DNA of 64,000 bases, taken from assembly GCF_004010195.1 (NCBI RefSeq), contig NC_057723.1, positions 15,832,355 to 15,896,354 of the forward strand, in the 5' to 3' direction. Under the pieces are notes generated by a model. That model was not told where the DNA came from. It did no database searches and saw only the letters and a list, made by a program, of their open reading frames with translations. This document shows positions 50,990 to 62,548 of the stretch, piece after piece. The translations under genes and the position numbers were made by a program. How positions within the stretch are numbered: position 1 is the first letter of the stretch; each line of letters opens with the position of its first letter. The DNA comes from Chiloscyllium plagiosum. Taxonomy: Eukaryota.

Positions 50990-51770
50990 GGATGTGGACA
51001 TTACTGGCTGGGCCAACATTTTGTGCCCATCCCTAATTGCTCTAGGTAGGTAGGGGTGGTGAGCTTCCTCCTTGAGCTGCAGCTTTTGGTCTGTATGGAC
51101 ACTTAAAGTATTGTCAGGAAGAGATTTTGACCCAGCAACAATAAAGTGGTGACAGATGGCTAAGTCAGGATGGCATATGGTTTGGAGGAGAACTTGTGGG
51201 CAGTGATGTTCTCATGCATCTGCTCCTCTTGTACTTTAAAGTAATAGCAGTCATGGGTTTGGAAGATGCTGTAAGTGAAGCCTTGGTGGGTTGTGGCAGT
51301 GAGTGGTACATAATGCTGCCACTGTGTGCTGGTGATGAAGGGAGAGAATGTTGGAGATGGTGGATGGGGTTTCAGTCAAGTGGCAGAAGTGGGTACTGCA
51401 GATGCTGGAGATCAGAGTCAAGATTAGAGTGGTGCTGGAAAAGCACAGCAGGTCACGCAGCTTCCGAGGAGCAGGAAAATCGACATTTCGGGCAAAAGTC
51501 CTTCATCAGGGATCCTGATTTTCCTGCACCTTGGATGCTGCCTGACCTGCTGTGCTTTTCCAGCACCACTCTAATCTTGACCCTGTCAGTCAAGTGCACT
51601 GTTTTGTCCTGGATGTTGTCAAATGTCTTGAGTATTGCAGGGGCTGCAATCATCCATGCAAATGGAGAGTACTCCAACAGGTTCCTGACTTTGTGAATTG
51701 TGGACAGGCATTGGCGGGACAAGAGATGAATTACCCGCTGTAGACCTCCTCGAGTCTGACCTGCTTTTTG
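50990..51770 (-). mobile_element. Old CR1/L2-type LINE 3' fragment interrupted by a PLE
   Basis: LSTIHKVRNLLEYSPFAWMIAAPAILKTFDNIQDK. Confidence 0.75.
51383..51585. mobile_element. Fold-back PLE mini-element with 11-bp TSD
   Basis: TSD tcagtcaagtg (51372-51382 / 51586-51596). Confidence 0.85.
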
Positions 51771-52273
51771 TAATCATTTGTAATGCTTATCATTTTTTGT
51801 CTTGGAGCCAAACCTTGGAGATCATTTTCTAACTCCTGAGGATTCAAGGCCTTTTCTAAAAGATAGCTCATCAAACGTCGTGTTAGATGTTATCAGAGTA
51901 CTTTCTCAAACTTTCAAAAAGTGTCAGTGTTAATTTCACCTTCCACAATTTGGCACTTAACCTATGGATTACATGTCCTTAAATGGCAACATTGCTCGAC
52001 ACTTGATTCTTTTTCTCTCGTCTTCAAATTTACCCAAACCCACCCGCTGAGGTTAGCTCTTTCCCTTTAATCATTCACAGGATCTGCACATTGATGACAA
52101 GGCCAATATTAAATTGCCATTCCTGATTGCCCTTGAGCTGTTGGTGATAATACACCTTCTTGAAAAAATTACTGCATGGTGTAGGTGCAAATCAAAGTGC
52201 TGTATGAAAAGGAATTTCATGATTTTTGTTTTTCAAATGAAATTGTACTCAATTCAGCCATACAGAACTGAGT

Positions 52274-52409
52274 TAAAAATCACACAACACCAGGTTATAG
52301 TCCAACAGGTTTATTTGGAAGCACTAGCTTTCGGAGTGTTGGACTATAACCTGGTGTTGGGTGATTTTTAACTTTGTCCACCCCAGTCCAACACTGACAT
52401 CTCCAAGTT
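52274..52409. mobile_element. Fold-back family E element with 14-bp TSD
   Basis: TSD atacagaactgagt (52260-52273) / atacagaattgagt (52410-52423); ~37-bp inverted arms. Confidence 0.85.
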
Positions 52410-52714
52410 ATACAGAATTGAGTAAGCAAAGAGTGACCGCTCAGCTTGGTGGATATTGTGGCAATCAAGTAGGCTCCTTTGGCCATCTTCCCAAGTCACA
52501 GCTTCCATAAACATGAGCTGATCGAAAACTCTGTTGCCCACATCCTAACTCTCACCTGATCATGCTTGTCCAGTACCACCATTCTTGATGACCTACGTTG
52601 GCTCCACTACTCCCTTATTCAGGAACCTCCTCCAGCCCCTGCCCCTGGATCCTCTGAGACATCCAGCACTGGTGAAGATGGGGAAGTAAATTAGTGCAGA
52701 GGCCAGAATCTGTA

Positions 52715-52908
52715 CTGAGAACAAAAAATCCTGGAAATCACAGCGGGTCAGACAGCATTCATGGAGAGAGAGCAAGCTAATGGTTTGAGTCTAGTTGAGT
52801 CTTCAGCAGAACTCTGATGCAGAGTCATTTAGACTGGAAATGTTAGCTTGCTGTCTCTCTACAGATGCTGCTTGACCAGCTGTGATTTCCAGCATTTTTT
52901 GTTCTCAC
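52715..52908. mobile_element. Palindromic PLE-like element (family D)
   Basis: tgagaacaaaaaat...attttttgttctca arms of ~95 bp; central ctgatgcagagtc-attta-gactggaaa is a decayed hammerhead. Confidence 0.7.
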
Positions 52909-53522
52909 GAGAGGAATGGGTTGTAGTGATCATGCCAATGGACTGGTAATCCAGAATCCCAAATCACTGTTCTGGGAACACAGATTCAAATCCCACCATG
53001 GCAAATTGTGCAAGTAGATTTCAATAAAAATCATGAATTAAAAACACGAACCTATTGGTGACCATGTAACTATGGTATGACTGGTCAGATAAGAGTGGAA
53101 CTCGAAATAAGAATGTGAATGGTAGTGGAGATAATCTAAAAGAATTATCTATAAACTCTGTAAAATTAGCAAACAAAATCACACACATTGAAATGCACAT
53201 TTCATTAAAAGCACTCCGATTCACATATGTTTCGTTCTATAAAAAGAGGAGGAAATGAGACAAATTGACTGCTGGTTGGAGAGTCTTGAACCCGAGGTCA
53301 CAGTCTCGGGTGACGGGGTAGGCCATATAGGACACAGGAGGAAACATCTCTTCACTCAGAGGGTGGACAACCTGTGGAATCCACTATCACAGAAGGCTGT
53401 GGAGATCAAATCACAAAGTATATTCAAGAAAGAATTGATTTTTCTTTTTAGATATTCAAGGCCTGAAGAGATATGGAGAGAAAATGGGAATATGGCTTTA
53501 AGATAGAGAATCAGCCATGATC

Positions 53523-53820
53523 GGCATGGTGGCTCAGTGGTTCACTGCTGCCTCACAGGCCCAGGGTCCCAGGTTCGATTCCAACCTCGGGTGACTGTCT
53601 GTGTGGAGTTTGCACACTCTCCTGTGTCTGTATGAGTTTCCTCCGGGTGCTCCGGTTTCCTCCCACAGTCCAAAGATGTGCAGGTTAGGTGAATTGGTCT
53701 TGCTAAATTGCCCATAGTGTTAAGTGCATCATTCAAGGGGAAATGGGTCTGGGTAGGTTGTGTGTCGGTGTGGACTGGTTGGGCCGAAGGGCCTGTTTCC
53801 ACACTGTGGGGAGTCTAATC
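53523..53820 (+). mobile_element. HE1-type V-SINE inserted in a CR1 3' UTR (~53240-53890)
   Basis: Host cagccatgatc|atattgaatgg is split by the SINE. Confidence 0.9.
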
Positions 53821-54618
53821 ATATTGAATGGTGGAGCAGGCTGAAAGGGCCAGATGGCCTTATTCTGCTCCTTACATCAATGTTTCTATGAGCAATCTGA
53901 ACAAGATGAATGTGATGATAGTGGCCTCACTCCACCTGGTCAATCTCGATTAAATCTGTAACCCAGCCTTGAATGTACACAGTTGTCTGATTCCACTGCT
54001 CTGAGGGCTGAGGAGTTCCAGAGGTTTATAACTTCCTATGAAATCCCTTTTCATCTTATCTGAAATCGTACAGCTCCTTTTTTTCCCAGTCCTGATCTCA
54101 GTACCCAGTGAACTGAAAGCCACTTCTTCCACAACCAACTTTGAACCACATATTGAATTCCCTTGCCTTCTCTGCCCGATATCAGCTTACCTGTGGCTCA
54201 GATAGTAATCCAGCGATCACTGTTTTTGTGATTCTGCTTTTTGTCTCATGGGTTCACTATACCTGGACAGAATCTTTAATGAAGGCATCTAACATTGAAC
54301 CCACTACCCACTTTCCTTCTCAAAGCTCTGTAACTCCATTTGTTTCAAATATTTACCCACATTTCCAGTGAAGTGGCAAATTATTTAACCATGGTCACTT
54401 TTTCGCAAGCAAAGAAATAATTTCTCTGTTTTCACATTATTAATTTGCTACATCATTTCAAAAACATGCTATTACATTTACATATCTCTGCTTCAGTAAG
54501 GAATATCTCAACCTCTCCTGGAACAATAGCAACTCAGCATTGTTTCGCCTTGCAGAGTTAGCATGGTACTCTGTCCATTACTTTCATTCCCTTCCCCAAA
54601 ATTTATTCCTGATGAATG

Positions 54619-56875
54619 GATCAGTCCTGGAGCAGTGCGTGTGGAGTCAGTCCCGGAGCAGTGCGTGGGGAGTCAGTCCCGGAGCAGTGCGTGGGGAGTC
54701 AGTCCAAGAGCAGTGCGTGCGGATCAGTCCTGGAGCAGTGCGTGCAGATCAGTCCTGGAGCAGTGGGTGGGGAGTCAGTCCCGGAGCAGCAGGGGGAGTC
54801 AGTCCAGGAGCAGTGGGCGGGGAGTCAGTCCCAGACCAGTGTGTGGGGCGTCAATCCCAGAGCAGTGCGTGAGGTGTCAATCCCTGGGCAGTGCGTGGGG
54901 TGTCAGTCCTGGAGCATTGCATGGGGAGTCTGTCCCAGAGCAGTGCGTGTGGAGTCAGTCCCGGAGCAGTGCATGGGGAGTCAGTCCCGGAGCAGTGCGT
55001 GGGGAGTCCGTCCCGGAGCATTGCATGGGGAGTCAGTCCCGGAGCAGTGCGTGGGGAGTCAGTCCTGGAGCAGTGCATGGGGAGTCAGTCCCGGAGCAGT
55101 GCGTGGGGAGTCCGTCCAGGAGCAGTGCCTGGGTGTCAGTCCCGGAGCATTGCGTGGGGAGTCTATCCCAGAGCAGTGCGTATGGAATCAGCCCCGGGGC
55201 AGTGCGTTGGGAGTCAGTCCCAGAGCAATGCGTGGGGAGTCAGTCCTGGAGCAGTGCTTGGGGAGTTAGCCCCGGAGCGTCATGGGGAGTCTGTCCCGGA
55301 GCAGTGCGCGGGGAGTCAGTCCCAGAGCAGTGCGTGGGGCGTCAGTCCAGGAGCAGTGGGCGGGGAGTCAGTCCCGGACCTGTGTGTGGGGCGTCAATCC
55401 CAGAGCAATGCGTGGGGAGTCAGTCCAGGAGCAGTGCGTGGGGCGTCTGTCCCGGAGCAATGCGTGTGGAGTCAGTCCCGGAGCAACGTGGGGAGTCAGT
55501 CCCGGAGCAGTACGTGAGGTGTCAACCCTGGAGCAGTGCGTGGGGAGTCAGTCCCAGAGCAGCAGGGGGAGTCAGTCCCGGAGCAGTGTGTGGGGAGTCA
55601 ATCCCGGACCAGTGCGTGAGGAGTCTGTCCCGGTTCAACAGGGGGTGTCAGTCCCGGAGAAGAGCGTGGGTAGTCAGTCCCGGAGCAGCAGGGCGGACTT
55701 CGTCCAAGGGCAGTGCATGGGGATTCTGTCCTGGAACAGTGCATGAGGAGTCAGTCCCAGAGCACCAGAGAGAGTCAGTCCCAGAGCAGTACAGGGAGTC
55801 AGTCCCGGAGCAGTGCGTGGGGAGTCAGTCCCGGAGCTGTGCGTGGAGAGTTAGTCGTGGAGCAGTGCGTGGAGAGTCAGTCCCAGAGCAGTGCGTGGGG
55901 AGTCAATCCCAGAGCAGTGCGTGGGGAGTCAGTCCCAGGGCAGTGCGTGGGGAGTCAGTCCAGGAGCAGTGCGTGGGGTGTCAGTCCCAGAGCAGTGCGT
56001 GGGGAGTCAATCCCAGAGCAGTGCGTGGGGTGTCAGTCCCGGAGCATTGCATGGGGAGTCTGTCCCAGAGCAGTGCGTGTGGAGTCAGTCCCGGAGCAGT
56101 GCATGGGGAGTCAGTCCCGGAGCAGTGCGTGGGGAGACCGTCCCGGAGCATTGCATGGGGAGTCAGTCTCGGAGCAGTGCGTGGGGAGTCAGTCCCAGAG
56201 CAGTGCGTGGGGAGTCAGTCCCGGAGCAGTGCGTGGGGAGTCAGTCCCAGAGCAGTGCGTGGGGTGGCAATCCCAGAGCAATGTGTGGGGAGTCAGTCCC
56301 GGACCAGTGCGTGGGGAGTCCGTCCAGGAGCAGTGCCTGGGCGTCAGTCCCGGAGCATTGCGTGGGGAGTCTATCCCAGAGCAGTGCGTATGGAATCAGC
56401 CCCGGGGCAGTGCGTTGGGAGTCAGTCCCAGAGCAGTGCGTGGGGTGTCAATCCCAGAGCAATGTGTGGGGAGTCAGTCCTGGAGGAGTGCGTGGGGAGT
56501 TAGCCCCGGAGCGTCATGGGGAGTCAGTCCCGGAGCAGTGCGTGGGGCGTCAGTCCCAGAGCAGTGCGCGGGGAGTCAGTCCCAGAGCAGTGCATGGGGT
56601 ATCAGTCCCAGAGCAGTGCGTGGGGCGTCAGTCCCGGAGCAGTGCGCGGGGAGTCAGTCCCAGAGCAGTGCATGGGGCGTCAGTCCCAGAGCAGTGCGTG
56701 GGGAGTCAGTCCCAGGGCAGTGCGTGGGGAGTCAGTCCCAGGGCAGTGCATGGGGAGTCAGTCCCGGAGCAGTGCGTGGGGATTCAGTCCCGGAGCAGTG
56801 CGTGTGGAGTCAGTCCCGGAGCAACGTGTGGAGTCAGTCCCGGAGCAGTCTGTGGGGTGTTATTCCCGGAGCAGC
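54619..56875. repeat. G-rich 26-bp minisatellite, about 85 units
   Basis: Consensus GGAGCAGTGCGTGGGGAGTCAGTCCC, with variant and shortened units. Confidence 0.97.
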
Positions 56876-57229
56876 AAGGTTAGCGAGTCTTGGTGTCTGG
56901 TGCAGAAGCCCTCCGCTGATCTGCTGCAGTGTAATATTTATTTGAAGTTTTTACCTGCTTCTAATGTCAATCCTTTAATGAGGTCTTATTTCTAACTCAT
57001 TTTTCAAACACCGTAAAGTAATGCCGCTACTTTTTATTCCTCTTTCTTAACCATGATTTGTACCTGAGATGGTGCCATAAGAGGCGGATTTGTAAAAGCT
57101 TTACTCTGTATCCCTGTATGTCTATAATGGAATACACCTGACAATAAAGAATATTATTTTTTATTCTATTAGAAAATTCCAATGTACAAAGGAACCTGCC
57201 TGACTTCATCAATAAGTCACAGAAGTCTA

Positions 57230-57840
57230 ACATGCAGTACCAACGAGTTATTAGGAAGGCTAATGGGATGTTAGCCTTTATTATAAAAAATGATTTGAGT
57301 ACAAGAGTAGCAAAGTTTTGATTTAATTGCTTAAGAGCTTAGTTCGTTCATAGCTGGAGTGCAGTGTGAAATTATTGTTCCCTTCCCTTACACACAGGGA
57401 GTGCAACAAAGTTTCACCAAACCTCTTCCTGGAAGAGGGGTGCTGTCCCAGAAGAAGACCTTTGGAAATCTCAGCCTTTATTCTGTACAATTTTGAAAAA
57501 TGAAAGGTGATCTCATTGAAAGCTACAAGATATTTCAAGGAACAGGTGGATAGTTGCAAGTAAGATCTTTTCCCTGGCTAGGAATCGAGAACGTAGAAAT
57601 AAGAGGAAGCCTCTTAGGATCAAGGTAAGGAGAGTTATTTTACTTAGAAGGCTGTGAATCATTGAAATTTGCTACCCCAGAGGGCTGTGGAGACTCGTCA
57701 TTGTGGCTGATTGACACCAGTGTCTTATATATGGAGATCATGAGGGAAAAAGGATTGAAGCTGATGATCAGTCATGACTGTATTGAAACATGTAGCAGGC
57801 CCAATGAACTGAATAACTACTCCTGCTCCTACTTTCTCAT
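57230..57840 (+). mobile_element. Old CR1 3' fragment
   Basis: ggaaggctaatgggatgttagccttt...gatctcattgaa...tactcctgctcct. Confidence 0.7.
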
Positions 57841-58042
57841 TCTAAAGTTACCTTCTACATCTCTGTACTAAATGACATCTCACAAATTTCATTTTAAAAT
57901 CATCACACAAACATCTTCATGTCTTCTTAAGGTGTGTACTGTCTGACTCATCAGAAAATGGAATATTCTGCTTCTCCTGCCTGAGTTCAACTTTCCTTAC
58001 AGTGTAACTGCAGACAATGTAATTTACCTGTTGCCAGTGACA

Positions 58043-58701
58043 AAGAGAAAGTAAGGACTGCAGATGCTGGAGATCAGAGCTGAAAAATGTGTTGCTCGAA
58101 AAGTGCAGCAGGTCAGGCAGCATCAAAGGAGAAGGAGAATCGATGTTTCGGGCATAAGCCCTTCTTCAGGAATGAGGAGGGTGTGCCAAGCAGGCTAAGA
58201 TAAAAGGTAGGGAGGAGGGACTTGGGGGAGGGGCGTTGGCAATGCGATAGGTGGAAGGAGGTCAAGGTGAGGGTCATAGGCCGGAGAGGGGATGGGGGCA
58301 TAGAGGTCGGGAAGAAGATTGCAGGTCAAGAAGGCGGTGCTGAGTCCGAGGGTTGGGACTGAGATAAGTGTCCCAGAGGTGTTCTCTGAAATGTTCCGCA
58401 AGTAGGCGGCCTGTCTCCCCAATGTATAGGAGGCCACATTGGGTGCAGCGGATGCAGTAAATGTGTGTGCAGGTGCAGGTGAATTTGTGACGGATATGGA
58501 AGGATCCCTTAGAAGGAGGGAAGTGAGGGGGGAGGTGTGGGCGCACGTTTTGCATTTCTTGCGGTTGCAGGGGAAGGTGCCGAGAGTGGAGGTTGGGTTG
58601 GTGGAGGGTGTGGACCTGACGAGTGAGTCGCGGAGGGAGTGGTCTTTCTGGAACACTGATAGGGGAGGAGAGGGAAATATATCCTTGGTGGTGGGGTCTG
58701 T
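58043..58701 (-). mobile_element. PLE fragment with Cys-rich linker and GIY-YIG endonuclease relic (Neptune-like), 12-bp TSD
   Basis: TSD ttgccagtgaca (58031-58042 / 58702-58713); GTFPCNRKKCKTC and FTC...IYCIRCTQCGLLYIGETGRLLAEHFREH; hammerhead motif 58138-58173 (minus). Confidence 0.92.
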
Positions 58702-61649
58702 TTGCCAGTGACAGGTGGGTTTACTGTAAAATGACTTGTTAATTGTATTCCTAAGATATTAATGGTGCAATCGTAGCTTTTGTGACAGATTACAAAATAA
58801 TGCAACTTATTATCCAGTTCCAAAAACAACTACATTGAAATCACAACTGGCTCTTTTTTTAATTGTACGATTTTCACCAAACTAATTTTCCCTTAACCAT
58901 TAACAGAAATACAATGGTCTTGGAATGTTTTGCAATTCCTTCTCATGTAATCAAGGGACCGATAAACACGCTTTTAAATAAGAAATCCTGAAATAGCCAA
59001 CTAATTAAAAGATATCTTCAGTTGCAACAACAATTGTGATAATCACAAGTCATAACTTTCCACTGTCAAACCAGAACAAATTATGTAAACTTATAAATTA
59101 GAGATGCTGTTGCTTTTTAAAGTTTTTTTTGCTGGAAGTGTTGTGAGTATTTTGGACAAACTGTATGCTATCAATTGTGGTAGAGCTGGTCCTGTCACTG
59201 GTTGGTACAATCTGTGCTGTTTGGATGTTAAACATATCAGAAACATTCTGATCTAAGCAGGCATTGAGCCCACTCGTTAGGCCATTGCTTGAACATGACT
59301 TCATTTGAGTCCTGTTGAATAACCCCTCTACAAAATGCTAAACTCTTCATCAGACACTGTGGATATGTGTCCAAGGTAAGTCTTAAAGACAAGCTTTCAG
59401 TGAAGCAGGAAGGAACTGGAGTGCTCTGTAATTGCCCCAGTAAATCTAAAGCTCTTGTAATTGCTATTCCTTCTACTGGCCCCATTATTGACCACTTCAA
59501 CCCCTCGCATCCCTCCACACCCCTTCACCCCACTCCCACCCTCACCGCCACCCAACACTTGTCTGAAGCCTCCATTGGCAATGGAGCTGACTGGAAAATG
59601 ATTCTTCTCAATGGTCAAGTACCCTATGGGAATACGAGTGACATTGATAGCCCACCCTGAGTATCTAGATGAAGCCCAAATTCCAACTCTTGTCAATCCT
59701 AATATCTGTTAAATTGAGCGGCAGCCTATCCAGCACTGAGTTTCACTTCAAAGTAGAATGATGATTATATCTGCATTTTATGAATTGTCCCTTATTTTGA
59801 TTGTTTGCCCGGTGTGTCTTAAATGACATCTTTTGTCCCTTATTTCTAGGACAGCCTGGGAGAAAGCCATTTCACTTTCTTTGGGAAAATGTGCAGAATT
59901 GTGTCATGAGAGTGTCACCAGAGAGTGTCATGAAACACTAAGGCCCCACCCACCTTTTTATTATTACCTTATTGCCCAAGTTGCAACAGATCCCTGTCCT
60001 TTACCAACACTCTGTCTCATTCATATAGTCACCCATCAACACAACCCCACACCCCTTTTCCCCTGTCCTAATAATTAACCAACAGCAACACATGCAACAG
60101 ATAGCCCCCACTTTGCCCCCACCCCAACCCGCCAGGGTCTCCTACTCCTGTTTTTCTGATTGCTCAACAGTTACTCCACACCTCTCTTAACTCCACAACA
60201 GTACTCTCCACTCAGTCTTTACCACACTGATGGTTACCTTGCTGCAACAAACATCTCCCTAACCATTATGGTCACCCACTACCCTCTGCTCATGTAGTCA
60301 CTAACACTCCAGCTGATCCCATAGTTGGAATCTTGTTAAGAGTCCAACTGATGATAATACTGACAAGATAGATCCCAGAGTGAATCTGGTTTAATAGATC
60401 ACTAATTTTATTTTTCTCTTTGATTACCATGGAGACCAATTATTGAAGATATCCAGAAGTGGCTGTCAATGTATTTTAAATTAATCATAAAAGAAAAAGA
60501 AAAATAACATAAGCTATATTACATTACATAATTGTTATTGGAATGTTATCATTCCAAACATCAGAAAGAATTGATTATTCCTGATACTCTAGCAACATCC
60601 TTCCAAACATTTAAAGCTCAGTGAATAGTTACTACCATCTTCATGTTCAAGCTTCTTGTTCAGCTGACGTGATTCTAATCATTTTCTTCATGGCAAATTT
60701 CTGTGCATTTACTGGGTGTTGCTTTCTTCAGTTAATGTCTTCCCTTGAAATCTTCAACAGTCTTGTATAATGTCTTCATCTCTGACACAATCCTCAGCTT
60801 TCTGATTTTGGAGGTTACTTCTTGGATTTCTAAACATCTCGGGACTTCAACCCAGGCCCTGACTTGTTGGCATCTGCTAAGTAACTGCACCTCTACTGTG
60901 ATGGACATCTTTCCCCTTCATGAACTGCATCAGCTTTTCCTCTCTTTCTGCATGTTGTAAAACTTGAGTGCAGCAGTCATATCGGACTCAAAATGTGAAC
61001 ATGTTTCTCACTTCACAGATACTATCAGACCTTGTGAGTTTCTCCTCCATGTTCTGTAGTGATTGTAATGAGATCAGCCAACTGTTAATCTGGTCCAATC
61101 AGGGAGATTGGCTGATGCAAAAGGTTGAATGGTAGGGATAGTGAGCCCCTGAATGTCTGACTCAGTGACAGGCAGGGCTTGTGTCAAAAAGTGTGGCGCT
61201 GGAAAAGCACAGCACATCAGGCAGCATCTGAGGAGCAGAAGAATCGACATTTTGGGCATAAGTAGGGTTATTGTCAAAGGCTATGCACTTGTATATAGAG
61301 GGTGATTGGTGATGGGATGCCAGTCTCTGAAGAATTATTTCACTTACCATTTTTGTTTCAGATTTCCAGAGCTGCAGTATTTTGCTTTTATTAGCAATTA
61401 TCTCCCTAGTTGGTTTGCCAGTCATTTAAGCTGAAATCACATGACTTCTTATGAATGTGGTTTTAAACTCAATTTTTAAAATGACTTTCTGACCATTCAG
61501 AACTTTATAGAGCTGAAAAACTGAAACCTATTTCCCCTCCACATTTGCATTCAAGTTCTCAAAGAATAACAATGACATATTATGAATCTCTATAACAATT
61601 TCCATAATTTTATTTCACAGGAGCTAGTAATTCTACTTCACTCCCTGGC

Positions 61650-62105
61650 CAGGCCAAAGCAGCCTGTTTGATTTGCATCCACATCCACCACTTTCAATAT
61701 TACCTGTTTCTACTAAGAGTTAACGTTGAGTGGTACAGAGCAGAACTGTGAACCATCGACAATATGCACTATAGCACTTCATCAAGACTTCTCCGACAGC
61801 ACCTTCCAAATCCATGAACTCTACCACTGAGAAGGACAAGGGCAGTGGATTTAAGAGAAAACCACTGCCTGCAGGTTTCCCTACCAGCAACATACCAACC
61901 TGACTTGCAACTATGTGTCTGTTCCTTCACTGTCATTGGGTTAAAATACTGGAACACTCTTTCTTATGGAACTGAGAGTGACCCGACAACAAATGAAATG
62001 CAGCAGTTCAAGAAGGAAGATCACCACCATCCTCGCCAGGGCAATTATAGATTGGCAATAAAAGTTAGTCTAGCCAATGAAGTCCACAATGCATAAGCAA
62101 ATAAA
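61650..62105 (+). mobile_element. Old CR1/L2-type LINE 3' end
   Basis: aaagcagcctgtttgat...gttccttcactgtc...ggcaataaa tail. Confidence 0.7.
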
Positions 62106-62417
62106 AGATACTAGATATCCAACACACATGGAAATAGTTCAATGTGACTTTACTTTTCTTTATTTCTTTGTCAGCTGAGTAACTGCTACTTTCTGAACTC
62201 ATGTTTGCGTTGAGGAACAAATTGAAGTGAGCTTAATCTTTGAAATCCTCACAAACCCAATCTTTCCAATCTGAGCTCAAGTTCTCATGCATGATCTTGC
62301 ACAATGAGCCGTGGAGACTTTCAATCTCTCAGCTCTTTCTTGCTGACCATCCATCTCCATGAGGTTCAGTAATACCTCAGAAAATCACTCTCTAAACCAA
62401 TCCTATAATAGAGTCTA

Positions 62418-62548
62418 GATTAGAGTGGTGCTGGAAAACCACAGCAGGTCAGGCAGCATCCGAGGAGCAGGAAAATCGACATTTCGGGCAAAAGCCCTTC
62501 ATCAGGAATAGAGGCAGGGTCCGGTTTCTGCAGTCCTTGTTTTTATCT
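62418..62548. mobile_element. PLE mini-insertion with ~19-bp TSD
   Basis: aatcctataatagagtcta (62399-62417) / aatcctacaatggagtcta (62549-62567); hammerhead motif 62474-62509 (minus). Confidence 0.85.

Noticed and set aside
54619-56875. CRISPR array
   Set aside because: No unique spacers, no cas genes, and a eukaryotic context.
54563-56995. 646-, 410- and 330-aa ORFs as a real repetitive protein
   Set aside because: Fully explained by a stop-free 26-bp unit. All three frames are similarly open, and indels shift frames freely.
61178-61263. TSD around this PLE arm fragment
   Set aside because: Flanks (agggcttgtgtcaaa / agggttattgtcaaa) are too degenerate to count, though the arm itself is family A.
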